Assembly: GCF_006345805.1 (NCBI RefSeq) | Contig: NC_043004.1 | Location: 18,414,001-18,478,000 of the forward strand | DNA from: Octopus sinensis | Taxonomy: Eukaryota | Length of the DNA: 64,000 nucleotides | Reading direction: 5' to 3' | Shown: positions 26,229-39,879 of the stretch, one piece after another | Layout: every line of letters begins with the position of its first letter | How positions within the stretch are numbered: position 1 is the stretch's first letter | Program-made: the position numbers and the translations under genes | The notes under the pieces: generated by a model | Told to the model about the DNA's origin: nothing | The model's database searches: none | What the model saw: only the letters and a program-made list of their open reading frames with translations

Positions 26229-27470
26229 TTGGGTTAACAACTGATTTTTTAAATTTTGGAATTTATTGCGTTTTTAAATTTTAGAATCTATTTTTTTCGA
26301 GAATTCTATATTTAAATCATTTTGGAATCTATTTTTTTTTCTACTTAATTTTAGTTAATTTTTGTTTTTATTTTCAGATCATTAAAATGGAATGTCAAGT
26401 TAAGAAAAACGTGCATTTTCGACACCTCCTTTTTTTTCTTCTTTTTAATCAAGGTTCTAAGGCTGCAAAAGCTGCTCTCGATATTTGTGCTGTGTATGGA
26501 GTGGGTGCCATAGCTGAAAGAACCGCTCGTGATTGGTATGCCAGGTTCAACAATGGAAATTTTGACCGCAGTGATGCACCTCGTTTTGACCGTCCAGTTG
26601 AGTTCGATGAAGAGCGATTAAATCAACTTTAGCACGAAAATTCTCGGCAGAGAAAATGGAATGCTCCCACACTGCTATAGAGAAGCATCGTCACTCGATG
26701 GGAAAGGTTCAGAAATATGGAGCATGAGTTCCGCATGCTTCAAGTAACAACAACAAAAATCGACGAACCACAAGCTCCGCTGGTTTCCTTGCTCGTCAAG
26801 CTCACCCCAAGGACACAAGCAACGATTTCGTTACCGAATCGTTACTGGCGACGAAAAATGGTGCCTGTACATCAGTATGAAGCAGCGTAAGGAATGCACC
26901 GGTAAACAAGCGACACCGCGCGTGAAACAAGATCTTCATCTGCGTAAAACGATATTGTGCGTATGATAGGACTGGGAAGGGATTATTCCTTACGAATTGC
27001 TTGAACGGAACCAAACGGTCAACGCGGAACTCTATGTTCAACAGATGGAATGACTCAACACGGCTATTTAAGAGAGAAGACTTAATCGGCAGCATGGAGT
27101 TCTTTTGCTGCACGATGACGCCAATATGACCAAGGAAGCCATTCAAACGTATGACTGGGAAGTGCTGCCACACCCGCCGTACTCTCCTGATTTGGCACCA
27201 ACAGATTTCCACCTCTTTCGATCTCTTTCAAATGCTCTGCGCGGAGTTTCGTTCGGTACTGATGCAGAATTGAGAGCTTGGTTGGATCAATTTTTGGAGT
27301 CGAAATCGGGTGATTTCTACCAACGAGGTATTGAATATCTTGCTGAACGTTGGGAAGAAGTTGTAAACAACAAGGGTGAATGCATTATTGATTAATTAGT
27401 TGTTATTTTTTATTAAACCTTTTAAAAATTTAAATGTTAAAAAACGGCGAGAACTTAGTTGCCAACCCAA
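26229..27470 (+). mobile_element. Full-length decayed mariner (DD34D-type) directly after a SINE A 5' fragment (26093-26226)
   Basis: TA-flanked ttgggtt...aacccaa TIRs. MECQV...WYARF, VTGDEKW, LLHD and HPPYSPDLAPTDFHLFRSL. Confidence 0.93.
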
Positions 27471-27481
27471 TATATATATTT

Positions 27482-28470
27482 GGGACCGCACCGACATCAG
27501 CCAGTTCCTGCGCCGCATCAGACTACGCACGTTTTTCCACACGTCTACACTGCAATAGAGATTGCTTCTCGGAGCTGGGGTGCCACCCATCCAACTGGAC
27601 GCCGCCTCCAGGCCAGCTCGGTAGCCTAGACTTGTTCGTGCACGGCTGCAATGCGCTGGTCGACCTATTCAGTTTCCCTCTGGGCCAACCTCACTCGGGC
27701 TGAATCGACCGCCCTTCGCGACCGCCGTCACTGCAGTGACATCGTCATCAAGCCGGCAGACAATGGTGGAGCAGTGGTGGTGTGGTGCGTGGATCTATAC
27801 AGGGAGGAAGCGCTCAACCAGCTTCGAAATCCCCTCTTCTATCGCCGCCTCTCCTCCGAACCTACCTCCTCCTACCAACAGAGCGTGTCCTCCACCATCC
27901 ATGACTTCGTATCCTCTTCAGCCCTCCACCCCACCGTCACCAACCTCATCGTCCGAGCAGCTCGTACCTCCAAAATACATAAACCCGACAACCCTGGCTA
28001 CCCCATTGTTTCCGCCTGTAATTGCTGCACGGAACTCATTTCAAAATACCTCGACCGCATCCTGTCCCCTGTAGTTGCTGCCCTCCCATCGCATATACGT
28101 GACACCAATCACGATGCCGCACCTGTCCTTTCCTCACCAACACCACCTCCCTCACTGAATCTAACCAACACAGCCTCCACATTAGAAACTTCTTCTCCTG
28201 CACCTCTTATCTATTACATAGGACGTAATCTCTGCAATAAACTCTACGTTGGTCAGACGGGCCGCCGGCTGACTGACCAGTTCACCGAACATCTAAGAGA
28301 TGCTCGGCTACGTACGAACTTCCCCGTCGCCCGTCATTCCCGCTTGACCAACCATTCCCTCTCCAATACCTCCGCCTGGAACAGCGTTACATTTTCAGTC
28401 TACAAACACAAATTCCTTTCGGATTCAACACAACTCCCTCTTCTTAACGACTGTCTCTACAAACTCCTTA
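27482..28470 (+). mobile_element. Internally deleted Penelope-like element (RT N-terminus and GIY-YIG)
   Basis: IVIKPADNGGAVVVW, KIHKPDNPGYPIVSAC, YLDRIL and LYVGQTGRRL..FTEH. Confidence 0.88.
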
Positions 28471-28556
28471 AAAAAAAGCAACGTTTTATTTTATTTTATT
28501 TTATTTTATTTTATTTTATTTCATCTTATTTTATCCCCTCTTACTTTTTTACATTC

Positions 28557-28965
28557 TTTTACTTTTTTACTCTTTTACTTGTTTCAGTCATTTGACTGCG
28601 GCTATGCTGGAGCACCGCCTTTAATCGAGCAACTCGACCCTGGGACTTATTCTTTTGTAAGCCCAGTACTTATTCTATCGGTCTCTTTTGCCGAACCGTT
28701 AAGTAACGGGGACATAAACACACCAGCATCGGTTGTCAAACAATGCTAGGGGGACAAACACAGACACACAAACACACACACGCATATATATACATATATA
28801 CGACGGGCTTCTTTCAGTTTCCGTCTACCAAATCCACTCACAAGGCTTTGGTCGGCCCGAGGCTATAGTAGAAGACACTTGCCCAAGGTGCCATGCAGTG
28901 GGACTGAACCCAGAACCATGTGGTTGGTAAACAAGCTACTTACCACACAGCCACTCCTGCGCCTA
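28557..28965 (-). mobile_element. SINE family A, full length
   Basis: Reverse complement of the 19021 copy. Confidence 0.92.
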
Positions 28966-29029
28966 TAAACATTGTTATCGTTTCCTCGATTTTTTTATCG
29001 TTTTCTTTCCGTCGAGTTGTTTAACTTTT

Positions 29030-30055
29030 TAATCGCATACACACAACACGCATAAATGCACGTGCATACACACAACACGCATAAATGCACGTGCATACAC
29101 ACAACACGCATAAATGCACGTGCATACACACAAATACATGTACACACGCGCATACTTACAAGCACATACACACGCATACTCATGCACGCACACATACCTC
29201 CACATAACACAACCCCACGCACACACTCACACACACACACACTCACACACACACACGCGCATACACACACACGCATACATACACACACACGCACGCGCAC
29301 AAACATCATTGCACAAATACCTCTACACACACCACACACATCACACACACACTCACAAAACGCACATACATGCACACACACAACACACATACATGCGTAC
29401 ACACATACGTACACTCATGCACACACGCACACGCACACACGCGCACAAACACACTGGAATGCACACATACCTAATATCCACGCTCACACGTACACACACA
29501 TCTACATACGCACACATATACAACAACTACACGCACACACACGCACATACACAAACACAAACACATGCACACGCATACACGCACATGAACGCACATACAC
29601 CTCCACACACACATCCCCACGTTCACACACGCATATACACACGCATACACACACACACACATATATACACGAGCACAATACACACACATGTACACACGCA
29701 CAGACACACGCACAGACACATATACACACGCACACATTTACACGCACACGCACGCGCACATGAACGCACACATACCTCCCACACATACGCAACACACACT
29801 CATACATACACGCACACAGTTACACATACATGGGCATATACACACACGCACATACACGCACGCAGAGGAACGCGCATATACTCCGCACACCCAACCCCCC
29901 ACACGATTCCACGCACACACACATACACATGCACATAAACATACACATACACACACGCACACGCACAGACGTATGCACACACTACACACAAAACGTACAC
30001 ACACACAACATATACATACACGCACATACATACATACACACGTACACACATACTT
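29030..30055. repeat. About 1-kb degenerate (CA)n/(CACG) tract
   Basis: Continuous CA-rich low-complexity sequence, with about 29-bp tandem units at its start. Confidence 0.95.
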
Positions 30056-31261
30056 CAAACTGCCAGTCAAACACTTTTCTACTTACCATTCCTCTACGCA
30101 CATGTGAAGAGACACACTGCTACACAAATCACCGACACTCCTGTTACCATGCTGGTGAATTCTTCCTACAACGTTAAGAGACAAGTTCACTCACACATAC
30201 ATATAGAAAGAACTTTTTCTTCACACATTCCCTTCCGGTCATTTCAAAATGTTATCACATGTGAATCGTTGCCGATTTTCTTCCTCCATCTTCCTTTCTA
30301 TTGGACTTTTCTATGTTTCTGAAGAAGCGCGTTACTCGAAACGTTAAACCATCTTTCTTTCCTTCCCTCCTTCCCTGAATGTCTGCTAATACTTTACATG
30401 TACCACGTCCTGCGTTGTGTTTCTTTGTTTGTTCTTCTTTTTGGGGATATACTATATATATATACACACATCTAATGTAAAAAAAAAATTTTTATCAATG
30501 GCCAGCATATTAAAAAATACCTTTAAAGGTTAAATTTATACATAACTTATAAAATAAGGGCAAAAGAAAAATTCTAATACCAAATATGCCGAAAAAAGAC
30601 AAAATTGTCAATAACCATTATAATTTATGCGTCTCGAAACAAGCCGAAAGAAATTTCTAAAAGATTCCGTTATTACCGCATTGGTCACAATTTCAGAGTT
30701 AATTCATAAGAATTTTCCCCTCCACAGCGATAAATACGTAAGACATAAATGAAATACTCATACTCATGGAAAAAGCAAGCACTAAGTCCCGAACAGACCT
30801 AAGTACCCCAAATATATCCAAAATAGAAAATCTTCAGCACATCTCGAGCCACGTGTGATTCGAACTAGAAACCCTCACAGAGTGAGATAGTCCGGAAGTG
30901 AACACTATTAAATTTACATCTAATGTAGGATAAAATTTTTTCGAAAAAAAAAATTTTTTTATCAATGTGCTGAAGATTTTCTATTTTGGATATATTTGGG
31001 GTACTTAGGTCTGCTCGGGACTTAGTGCTTGCTTTTTTCATGAGTATGAGTATTTCATTTATGTCTTACGTATTTATCGCTGAAGAGGGGAACATTCTTA
31101 TGAATTAACTCTGAAATTGGGACCAATGCGGTAATAACGGAATTTTTTAGAAATTTCTTTCGGCTTGTTTCGAGACGCATAAATTATAATGGTTATTGAC
31201 AATTTTGTCTATTTTTGGCATATTTGGTATTAGAATTTTTATTTTGCCCTTATTTTATAAG

Positions 31262-31345
<84 letters not shown>

Positions 31346-32484
31346 ATATATATATGTGTGTATATATATATATATATGTATATATATATGCATGTATGTT
31401 AGTATGTATATATGCATGAATGTATGCATGTATGTTTATATGTGTGTATGTATTATTGTAATAAGTGTAAAAATATTTTTATTTATAAATATATTATAAC
31501 CAATAAGGATATCGAGAGATGTAAGTGAAAATATAATGATGAGATATAACCTAATGTAAGAAGTTTGAACTGGGAATGTGGTAAGTTTTTGAATTAAGAA
31601 ACATAGTGAACAAAGATCCATATTTTCGTGTTGGTGATACTTGTGTGGATAGATTCTAAGGTGATTCCTTAGGTTTATGGTAAAATCGGAATGTTTTGAT
31701 GAATCTGTGAAGGTAATAGCTTCTCTCTGGCAATTTAATTGATGATAGGCGTTATGCATAAACATTTGCATGGATTGTTTCGAATATGAATTACTGGGAG
31801 CATTTTTTCCATGATATGGCATCTATTATTGATGATAGACTTTGTAATACAATATGATATAATCTTATTCCTTATGTGATGTAAGTAGTTACCTAATGAG
31901 ATGAATCTCCCGGGTTTAGTTGAAGCAAATGAGCTAAGGTTAACTGTGGCGTCATGTATAGTTCAGTCGAATTCTGGTGCTTGTTATGAACAGTACATTT
32001 ATAAACTATGTCGTAGCTACAACAGTTATTCTTCAAGGGGCAATTATCAGGTATCCTAAAGTTGCATATCTTCCTATCGGATAAGCTTCCACGATGTTTG
32101 TTAATTGAATCTATCAGAGGTTAAATCATTCTTAACGTGATGTGAGTGAGATCAACTGTTTAATATGTGGCTATGACTGGTGCTTTCTGGACTGTCAACA
32201 CACATTTTCCCAATCATTTCTTCGGGTTTTACTTGTGATAACTTCCATCCACCTACCAAACTACGTTATATCAAAACAAAGGACTTTCTGCCTCATCCTC
32301 ATATTTATAATTGTCTCTTCCTCATCCTCATATTTACAATATTTACGAGTGTCTGAACTATTACTGACAGATAAGGGAGCTAGCTACATATGTTCTGCTA
32401 CACATTTTTTCTCTATACATTGTATTAGTATATGTATAAACCTGACTTGATACTTATTGTCTATGGATGCTTTTGTTCTCTTTA

Positions 32485-32555
<71 letters not shown>

Positions 32556-32566
32556 GTATGTATGTG

Positions 32567-32825
32567 GACCCGCGGTTTCGATTCCTAGACCGGGCGTTGT
32601 GAGTGTTTTTTGACCGAAACCACCTAAAATTCCACAAGGCTCCGGCAGGGGGGGGGGCGATCCCTGCTGTACTCTTTTGCCACAACTTTCTCTCACTCTT
32701 TCTTCTGTTGGCCTGCTCGCTTAGCCAGCGGGGTGGCGTCATTTGAAGGCTAAAACAATGCGAAGCGCATTGTGACCAGCGATGTGTAGCAACATCTGAT
32801 AACCTGGTCCGTCACGTGATCACAT
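32567..32825 (+). mobile_element. tRNA-derived SINE family E (5'-truncated)
   Basis: cgcggtttcgattcc.agaccgggcgttgtgagtg, shared with the 51495 copy. Confidence 0.8.
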
Positions 32826-33818
32826 GATATATGTATGTATGTATGTACGTATGTATGTATATATGGCCCTTAACACATTTGTAGGAGTTACACATATTTT
32901 AATAATAGTTTGCCTTAAATCCATGACTTAAACTTTAAATCATATGGAGTTGAGTCACAATGTCATTAATTCGTTAGATGGTAGGGGTTCGTTCCACTGC
33001 TTGCAATATATCGGACACAGGTTGTGTCGTTAACCAGCTGTTGAAGGTGTTCTCCTGGGGTTAAGCAAGGGTAGCAATGTCAATCCGTACGGAACAACCA
33101 TGTTCAAGTAGCAACAAACATTAGCGCTCTCGCGTCGTTTCGTTTCGTTTCTTTCCTTTCTCCCAGTATGTTTTTATATATAATTATGACGCGAAACTCT
33201 GTAACCCTTTGCTTGACCTTTGCTTCCTTCCTGTCTGTCTCTCTCCTTATTTTCCTCCCATTCTGGTTTCCTTTTCTCTCTATCTCTCTCTCTCTCACTC
33301 CTCCTCATCTCCCTCACGACTGAGTCGACCTTACTTCCTTTTCACTCCAGCCTGCTACAACTCAAGACGACTTATTTCCTGCGCTCCGAATTTTTTCCTT
33401 GTCTAGGCTAAAAGTTGCATATCTTCCTATCGGATAAGCTTCCACGATGTTTGTTATTTGAATCTATCAGAGGTTAAATCATTCCTAACGTGATGTGAGT
33501 GAAATCAGCTGTTTAATACGTGGCTATGACTGGTGCTTTCTGGACTGTCAACACACATTTTTCCTATCATTTCTTCGGGTTTAATTGTGATAATTTCCAT
33601 CCACCTACCAAACTACGTTATATCAAAACAAAGGACTTTCTGCCTCATCCTTATGTATACTATTAAAATATTTACAAGTGTCTGAACTATTACTGACAGA
33701 TAAGGGAGCTAGCTACATATGTTCTGCTACACATTTTTCTCTATACATTGTATTAGTATATGTATAAACCTGACTTGATACTTATTGTCTATGGATGCTT
33801 TTGTTCTCTTTATCTCTG

Positions 33819-33902
<84 letters not shown>

Positions 33903-34601
33903 GTATGTATGTATGTATATATGTATGTATGTGGACTCGCGGTTTCGATTCCTAGACCGGGCGTTGTGAGTGTTTTTTGACCGAAACCACCTTAAATGTT
34001 TGTTTTTTTGTCCTGTTTTTATTCTTTATGTGTACTGTATTTTTTATATTTGTATTTTTATTTTGTATTCGTATTTTTATTTGTATTTTTATTTGTATTG
34101 CTTTTACGTCCTGTTCTTGTCACATTTTTTCTTTCCTTGTTTTTACCCCTCTGCAAGGGAATTTTATTTAATTCCCTCGCAAGAAGGACCGGTCCGTCGA
34201 GCGTGTTCTGTCCTTACCTTCGAAACACGCATGGAATCGAAGCGGGGACAGCTGATGAAGGGGAATGTTCCTTGTGTTATTTGTCCTATGTTCTGTTTTT
34301 TCGTTGTTAAAAAAAAGTCCGTTCCCTTGATTTTATGTTTTCGTTTCTCGTTGAGTTCTACGTCTATTTGTGGTGTCCTGTACTCACATATATATATTTA
34401 TATATGCATGTATATATACATGTAGATGTAGGTACGTACATATATGTATGTATGTATGCATATATTTTATTTATTACATTATTGTATGACTGAGCGCCCT
34501 CGTGTCGTTTCGTTTCTTTCCTTTCTCCCAGTATGTTTATCTCTCTCTCTCTTCTCTCTCTCTCTCTATATATATAATATATATTATATGTATATATATA
34601 T

Positions 34602-34651
<50 letters not shown>

Positions 34652-34659
34652 TGTGTGTG

Positions 34660-34990
34660 TGAAGGCGCGTGGCTTAGTGGTTAAGATATTCGGCTCACGA
34701 TTGAAAGGTGTCGTGAGTTCAATTCCCGGTGATGCGTTGTGCCCTTGAGCATGACACTTTATTTTCACGTTGTCCCAGCCCACTCAGCAGTCAAAAATGA
34801 GTAAGTAGTTCCTGTATTTCAAAGAGCCAGCCTTGTCATACTCTGTGTCACGTTGAATCTCTTTGGGAACTGCATTAAGGGTACACATGTCTATGGAATG
34901 CTCAACCTCTTGCACGTTAATTTCACGAGCGGGCTGTTTCGTTGATCGTATCAGCTGGGACCTTCGTCTTCGTAACCAACGGAGTGCTCC
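34660..34990 (+). mobile_element. tRNA-derived SINE family B, full length
   Basis: A box tggcttagtgg, B box gagttcaattcc and tgcccttgagcatgacactt core. Confidence 0.88.
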
Positions 34991-34997
34991 TTAATGT

Positions 34998-35043
<46 letters not shown>

Positions 35044-35072
35044 ACACACAAACACACACACACACATACATA

Positions 35073-35685
35073 CAGAGGTTGGACAAAATAATGGAAACAC
35101 CTTAAAATTTCAAACAAATTAAATTTAATATGGGAAAGATCGCCTTTGGTAGTAATTACAGCTTGAATTCTACGAGGTATGGACTCGTACAAAATTTGAA
35201 TTGTTTCCACAGGAATTTTTGTCTACTCTTCATCTAAAACAGTCTCCAATCCTTGTAGTGATGATGGTGGATGATATCGACTCGCTCCTTACTTGTTTTT
35301 CTAAAATGCTCCACTAATGTTCAATAATATTGAGATCTAGGGACTGTGGTGGCCAGATAAGATGTTCAACTTCACTAGAATGTTCCTGGCCCCATTCAGT
35401 AACAAATTTAACTGTGTGAATTGGTGCATTATCATCCTGAGAGATTGCGTTTTCCTCTGGAAACAGTTCTGCAACCTTAGGATGAATTTAATCAGATAAA
35501 ATGTTTGATTAGTCTTGACTATTAATTCTCCAATGAAGGGAAACCATTGGGCCAGCGGATTTCCAAGATATAACCCCCAGATCATCACAGACCCTCCTCC
35601 ATGTTTAAAAGCTTGAAGAAGGCAGTCTGGGTCAAATGCTTCTTTTGGCTGTCTCCATACGTATACTCGGCTGGTGGTTGGCAAT
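35073..35685 (-). mobile_element. Tc1-family transposon 3' half
   Basis: TA followed by cagaggttggacaaaataatggaaacac TIR. KHGGGSVMIWG and degenerate WPPQSLDLNIIE motifs. Confidence 0.85.
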
Positions 35686-35799
35686 AAGGTAAACTACAAA
35701 GACGAGGATAGAAAGCTCTTAATGACCCACCCATCCGTGTTTTTCCCCCCGCCCTTTTTTTGTATCGTCTAACTGTCCGGATGTTTTTTGTTTTATATA

Positions 35800-35850
<51 letters not shown>

Positions 35851-35996
35851 ATATATATATGTTTGTATGTGTATGTGCGTATGTATGCGTGTGTGTATGT
35901 GTATATGTGTATATCTACATATATCCATATTTATATGTGTGTATAGATATCAATAATCATCGTAATGTACTTATGTTTATACTTTAAAACCACATA

Positions 35997-36615
35997 TTTA
36001 TTAAATCCTCTTCAGTGTCGCAAGTATCATTTAAAATAGATTTACCTAAGCATGATATCGTATTTACACAACAACAATATTACACAAGATCACTCATACT
36101 GATTTGTATTGTTAGTCAAGTTAATATAAAGTATCTGAATGTGACTTTATAGAACACTGCAAATATCAATAGATACACAAAAATCGAAACAATATTGTCT
36201 GAATTAAGAATGAATTTAAAATTGTATTGGGAACTAAATGTAAATAGTTTTTACTATAAACACATATATATGCTATTATGCAATCGGTGAGATTGAATTG
36301 TTCCATAGAATCCTGGCGGTATCAATCATTTGGCGTTCCTTTATGATGATAATATTCAAAGTCAATGGGTTTAAGAAAAATATTTTTCGTTATCAATATT
36401 CTCTCTGTCCCTCGGGATGCTAAAACGTTTCAACTGGGGTTCTAAAAGAATAAATATACCACATTTACAATTACAGAATTTCCACTTATTAGCTTTCTGT
36501 GTGAAGAAAACTCCTCTGCGGTTAACAAATAGCCGACGTGTAATTGAGATATTTAGCTTTTTCGTAAAAAAGTGAAAATAGTGAATATCTTTTGAGAGTC
36601 TTAAATTGATTCCGG
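35997..36615 (-). other. Probable 3' UTR of the GPCR, with candidate AATAAA at 35997-36002
   Basis: Unique AT-rich sequence directly after the stop codon. The poly(A) site is not verifiable from sequence alone. Confidence 0.35.
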
Positions 36616-36954
36616 CTATATTTTTTTTGAGTGTGAAACTGAATCATCATGCAATGGAAAGCTCATGTGACCATTTGCTTGGCATTTGGAGTCTCTGTTT
36701 GGTTCATTTAATGGCGTGTCTTCATTTATTGGAATCTGCCATGTTGTTTGATCCTTCACACTATCTTTCGTTTTTTTACTACTGTATTCGTCAAACTTTT
36801 TATGAGATTCCTCAATACAGGTCATTTTCTGCTCAGTTATGGAATGTCGAGTTTTGGCAAAGTATTCCGAAAGACTGGTAAATGGTAAACCTCGGTGCGA
36901 GCTGTTATGATCAAAAGTATGGTGCCTCCAAAATCTTGCAAGTTCTGTTTTCAC
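36616..36954 (-). CDS. Class B1 GPCR terminal coding exon (helix 8 and C-tail, 112 aa plus stop)
   Basis: Acceptor tttctttattgcag. Reads VKTELARFWRHH...SHSKKI*, with a helix-8-like start and a Ser/Thr-rich tail. Corresponds to track ORF 36616-36960. Confidence 0.9.
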   Translation of the reverse strand: MKTELARFWRHHTFDHNSSHRGLPFTSLSEYFAKTRHSITEQKMTCIEESHKKFDEYSSKKTKDSVKDQTTWQIPINEDTPLNEPNRDSKCQANGHMSFPLHDDSVSHSKKI

Positions 36955-37719
36955 CTGCAATAAAGAAATGAATCAGAGAATAGAATAGAATCTAACTGAT
37001 TAAACAAACCATAGGCAAAGCAAATTCATAGTTTAATACCTAATTTCATTTGCTGAACATAAATACTGAAGATACATAGCGTGATAAATATGATAAATAG
37101 TATATTTATATGATAAATAATATATCATGCGGTTTTAAAATATACTAATTATACAAATACATCTTCTAGTCTTTTAGAACACGAATAATATTCATCTCGC
37201 TTCGGTCTGTTCTTTTAGTTTTAAAATAGTTCTTAACCTGTAAAAGTAATAGTGTACTGTGTTATGTTTTAGAAAGATAAACGAGTAACTAAGTTTAAAT
37301 AATAGAAATATTACATTTTTAAATATCTGAGAGAGATATAAGCAGTGGTGGTACTATAGAGCAGTTGTATACTGTCAACTTAAAGTGACAGTCCCATAAA
37401 GAGAATCACACAACCGCTATTTAGCACTAGGAAGCATCAACGCCTCCTGTCGGCCTTGACATATTTCCTGTGTCCTTATGTTTGCAAGGGGGAGACAAGC
37501 ACCCCCAATAGTTTTGAACGAAATATCGTGCAGTATTTCGTTACGTTTGCATGTTTTATACTTTCTGACATAACAATGGTATACAAAAATTGGTTTTATT
37601 GTCTGGGAAACTAATAATTTTTTTTTGAGCGAATTGTAGTCTCACTCTAATAGAAGGCAGAAAAGAAAAGGTTTCTTTATGAATAATAACCATGCAACCT
37701 AAATGAAACGTAGGTTACG

Positions 37720-37818
37720 ATAAAAAGATACATATATACACATACATATACACATGCATACATACATGCAAGTAGGTATGTATGTATACGAGCCTTCGAT
37801 TATATATATACATGTATG

Positions 37819-37852
<34 letters not shown>

Positions 37853-38126
37853 ATAGATATATATATATATAATACACATGTATATAAATATATATATATA
37901 TAAATATATATATAAATATATATTAATATATATATAAATATATATATACACATGTATATAAATATATATATATATAAATATATATATAAATATATATTAA
38001 TATATATATAAATATATAAATATATAAATATATATATAAATATATTAAACTTATTTTATCTTATATTAAACTTTTTATACTTTTTGATAGTTATATATAT
38101 TTAAATAAAAAAAATATACGTATATA

Positions 38127-38169
<43 letters not shown>

Positions 38170-38403
38170 AAATTATAAATATAAATTAATAATTTTAAAT
38201 TTTTAACTTTAAATTTAAATAATTTAAATTTTGAATATATTTTTTATATATTTTGTTTTTTATATGAATTATTTTATTTCTATGTTTTGGTTTATGTTTT
38301 TCACTGTTTGATTTGTTTAATAGTGGTTTTATCTCTAATTTAATTTATATATATAACTATATAATATATATATAAACATATATATATATATATATAATAT
38401 ATA

Positions 38404-38437
<34 letters not shown>
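37720..38437. repeat. About 700-bp almost pure AT / (TA)n tract
   Basis: Direct inspection. Contains an internal roughly 90-bp duplication. Confidence 0.95.
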
Positions 38438-38441
<4 letters not shown>

Positions 38442-38716
38442 GCAGCGTGGAAGGTGTTTGTAAGTCATTTAGGAAACACACAAAAGCCGTTTTATTCACT
38501 TCGCCATTTAAGTTTAATTTGTCAAACTATTTTCGTCGCTAAAATCCGCGAACTGTTCACTGACAAAAATTCGTGCAGCACGGATTTTTGTCAGTGAACA
38601 GTTCGCGGATTTTAGCGACGAAAATAGTTTGACAAATTAAACTTAAATGTTGAAGTGAATAAAACGGCTTTTGTGTATTTCCTAAATGGCTTACAAACAC
38701 CTTCCACGCTGCAATT
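38438..38716. repeat. Near-perfect 279-bp palindrome (1-nt loop) in a GPCR intron
   Basis: 139-bp arms symmetric about 38577, with about 5 mismatches counted by eye. Confidence 0.95.
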
Positions 38717-38927
38717 GTTTTCGTTCCAGCACACGATCTCAGATCAGGTCACTTGCTATATCCATAAACATCGAGTTCTGCAAAGCAGAAATGTGAAGCC
38801 AGGTGATGTTCAAATAATTCTCCAGTTCGCTGGCAGTATAACGGAAGTGAAAGAGATATAACTAATTATCGAAATGTTCACTATTGAAAATTCTAAAAAT
38901 GGTCTATGAAAAGGGAGATATCGTTAC

Positions 38928-38969
38928 CTCATAGTTAGCGAAACAAAGCAGAATTGCAATCACGAGACC
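38928..38969 (-). CDS. Class B1 GPCR 42-nt TM7 exon
   Basis: Acceptor ttttcttttcag and donor gtaacg. Encodes GLVIAILLCFANYE, the conserved 14-codon class B exon (GFFVAxxYCFxNGE). Confidence 0.95.
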
Positions 38970-39879
38970 CTGAAAAGAAAAGCAAAAAAGATTTATTATA
39001 AACATAAAAACTAGAAAAATGATTACTAAACTGGCGTAATGATTCATTTGAAATGTATTTAATAAACAGTTATTTGCGATGATAATAAACTATAACCTGT
39101 GATACGAGATAGTTTAGAACTGTTGTATTGTAGCGCAAATGTATTGTTGCGTGTATTATTATTATTGTTTTTAAAACAAGAGATTGATTGCTGTGCAATA
39201 ATTAGTTATGAAAGACACTCCAATTTTAGCTTTTCAGTGTGTCTTTTGATATATTTATGCATATTAGCAAGGCGATCCAAATCACTATACTTTTTTCCTG
39301 TAAAAAGAAATGGGAAGACCTAGGTCAGTAATGGCAAACCCTGACATTGTATTACCGAGAAGGCCATCGTTTCGCTGTGCATTTTGATATTTAGATAGTA
39401 AACGAAATTCTATATTGCCCCACGTATAACTGTCAGGAATATGGACCAGTTCTTCTGGCAATACCAACTTAGATATATCGACATTCTTTATTTTTTTTTT
39501 AGAATATTTCCTCTAAGTGTCAGTAGTCAGCATGGGCACAATTATTGAGCATAGTTTTTTTTCTTCTGCGGCACGAGTCTGTGTGCACTAACTATACAAT
39601 TGTTAACGATTTTAAGTAACTATGATTTTATGTGCTCATTAATATGTAGTGCTTGCGTGTGAGTGCACAGGCGCAAACAATAATAGGGATTAGTCTATAG
39701 TAACAATATTGGTATTATTCTGACGGTGCACAAACAACTTCGGCCACCTGATCTTTTCAAGGAATATGGAAGAGGAAGCAGTTCAAAATGTAATATTGAA
39801 GCTGTTTTTGAATAGATACATAAAAATAACGAAAGAGCCAAAGAATAGTTGTTGTTGATCTCATTATTATTATTATCAT

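Noticed and set aside
28995-30177. Many long His/Thr- or Val/Cys-rich ORFs (up to 274 aa)
   Set aside because: Translations of a degenerate (CA)n tract. The same applies to ORFs over (TA)n, (CTA)n and (TACA)n elsewhere.
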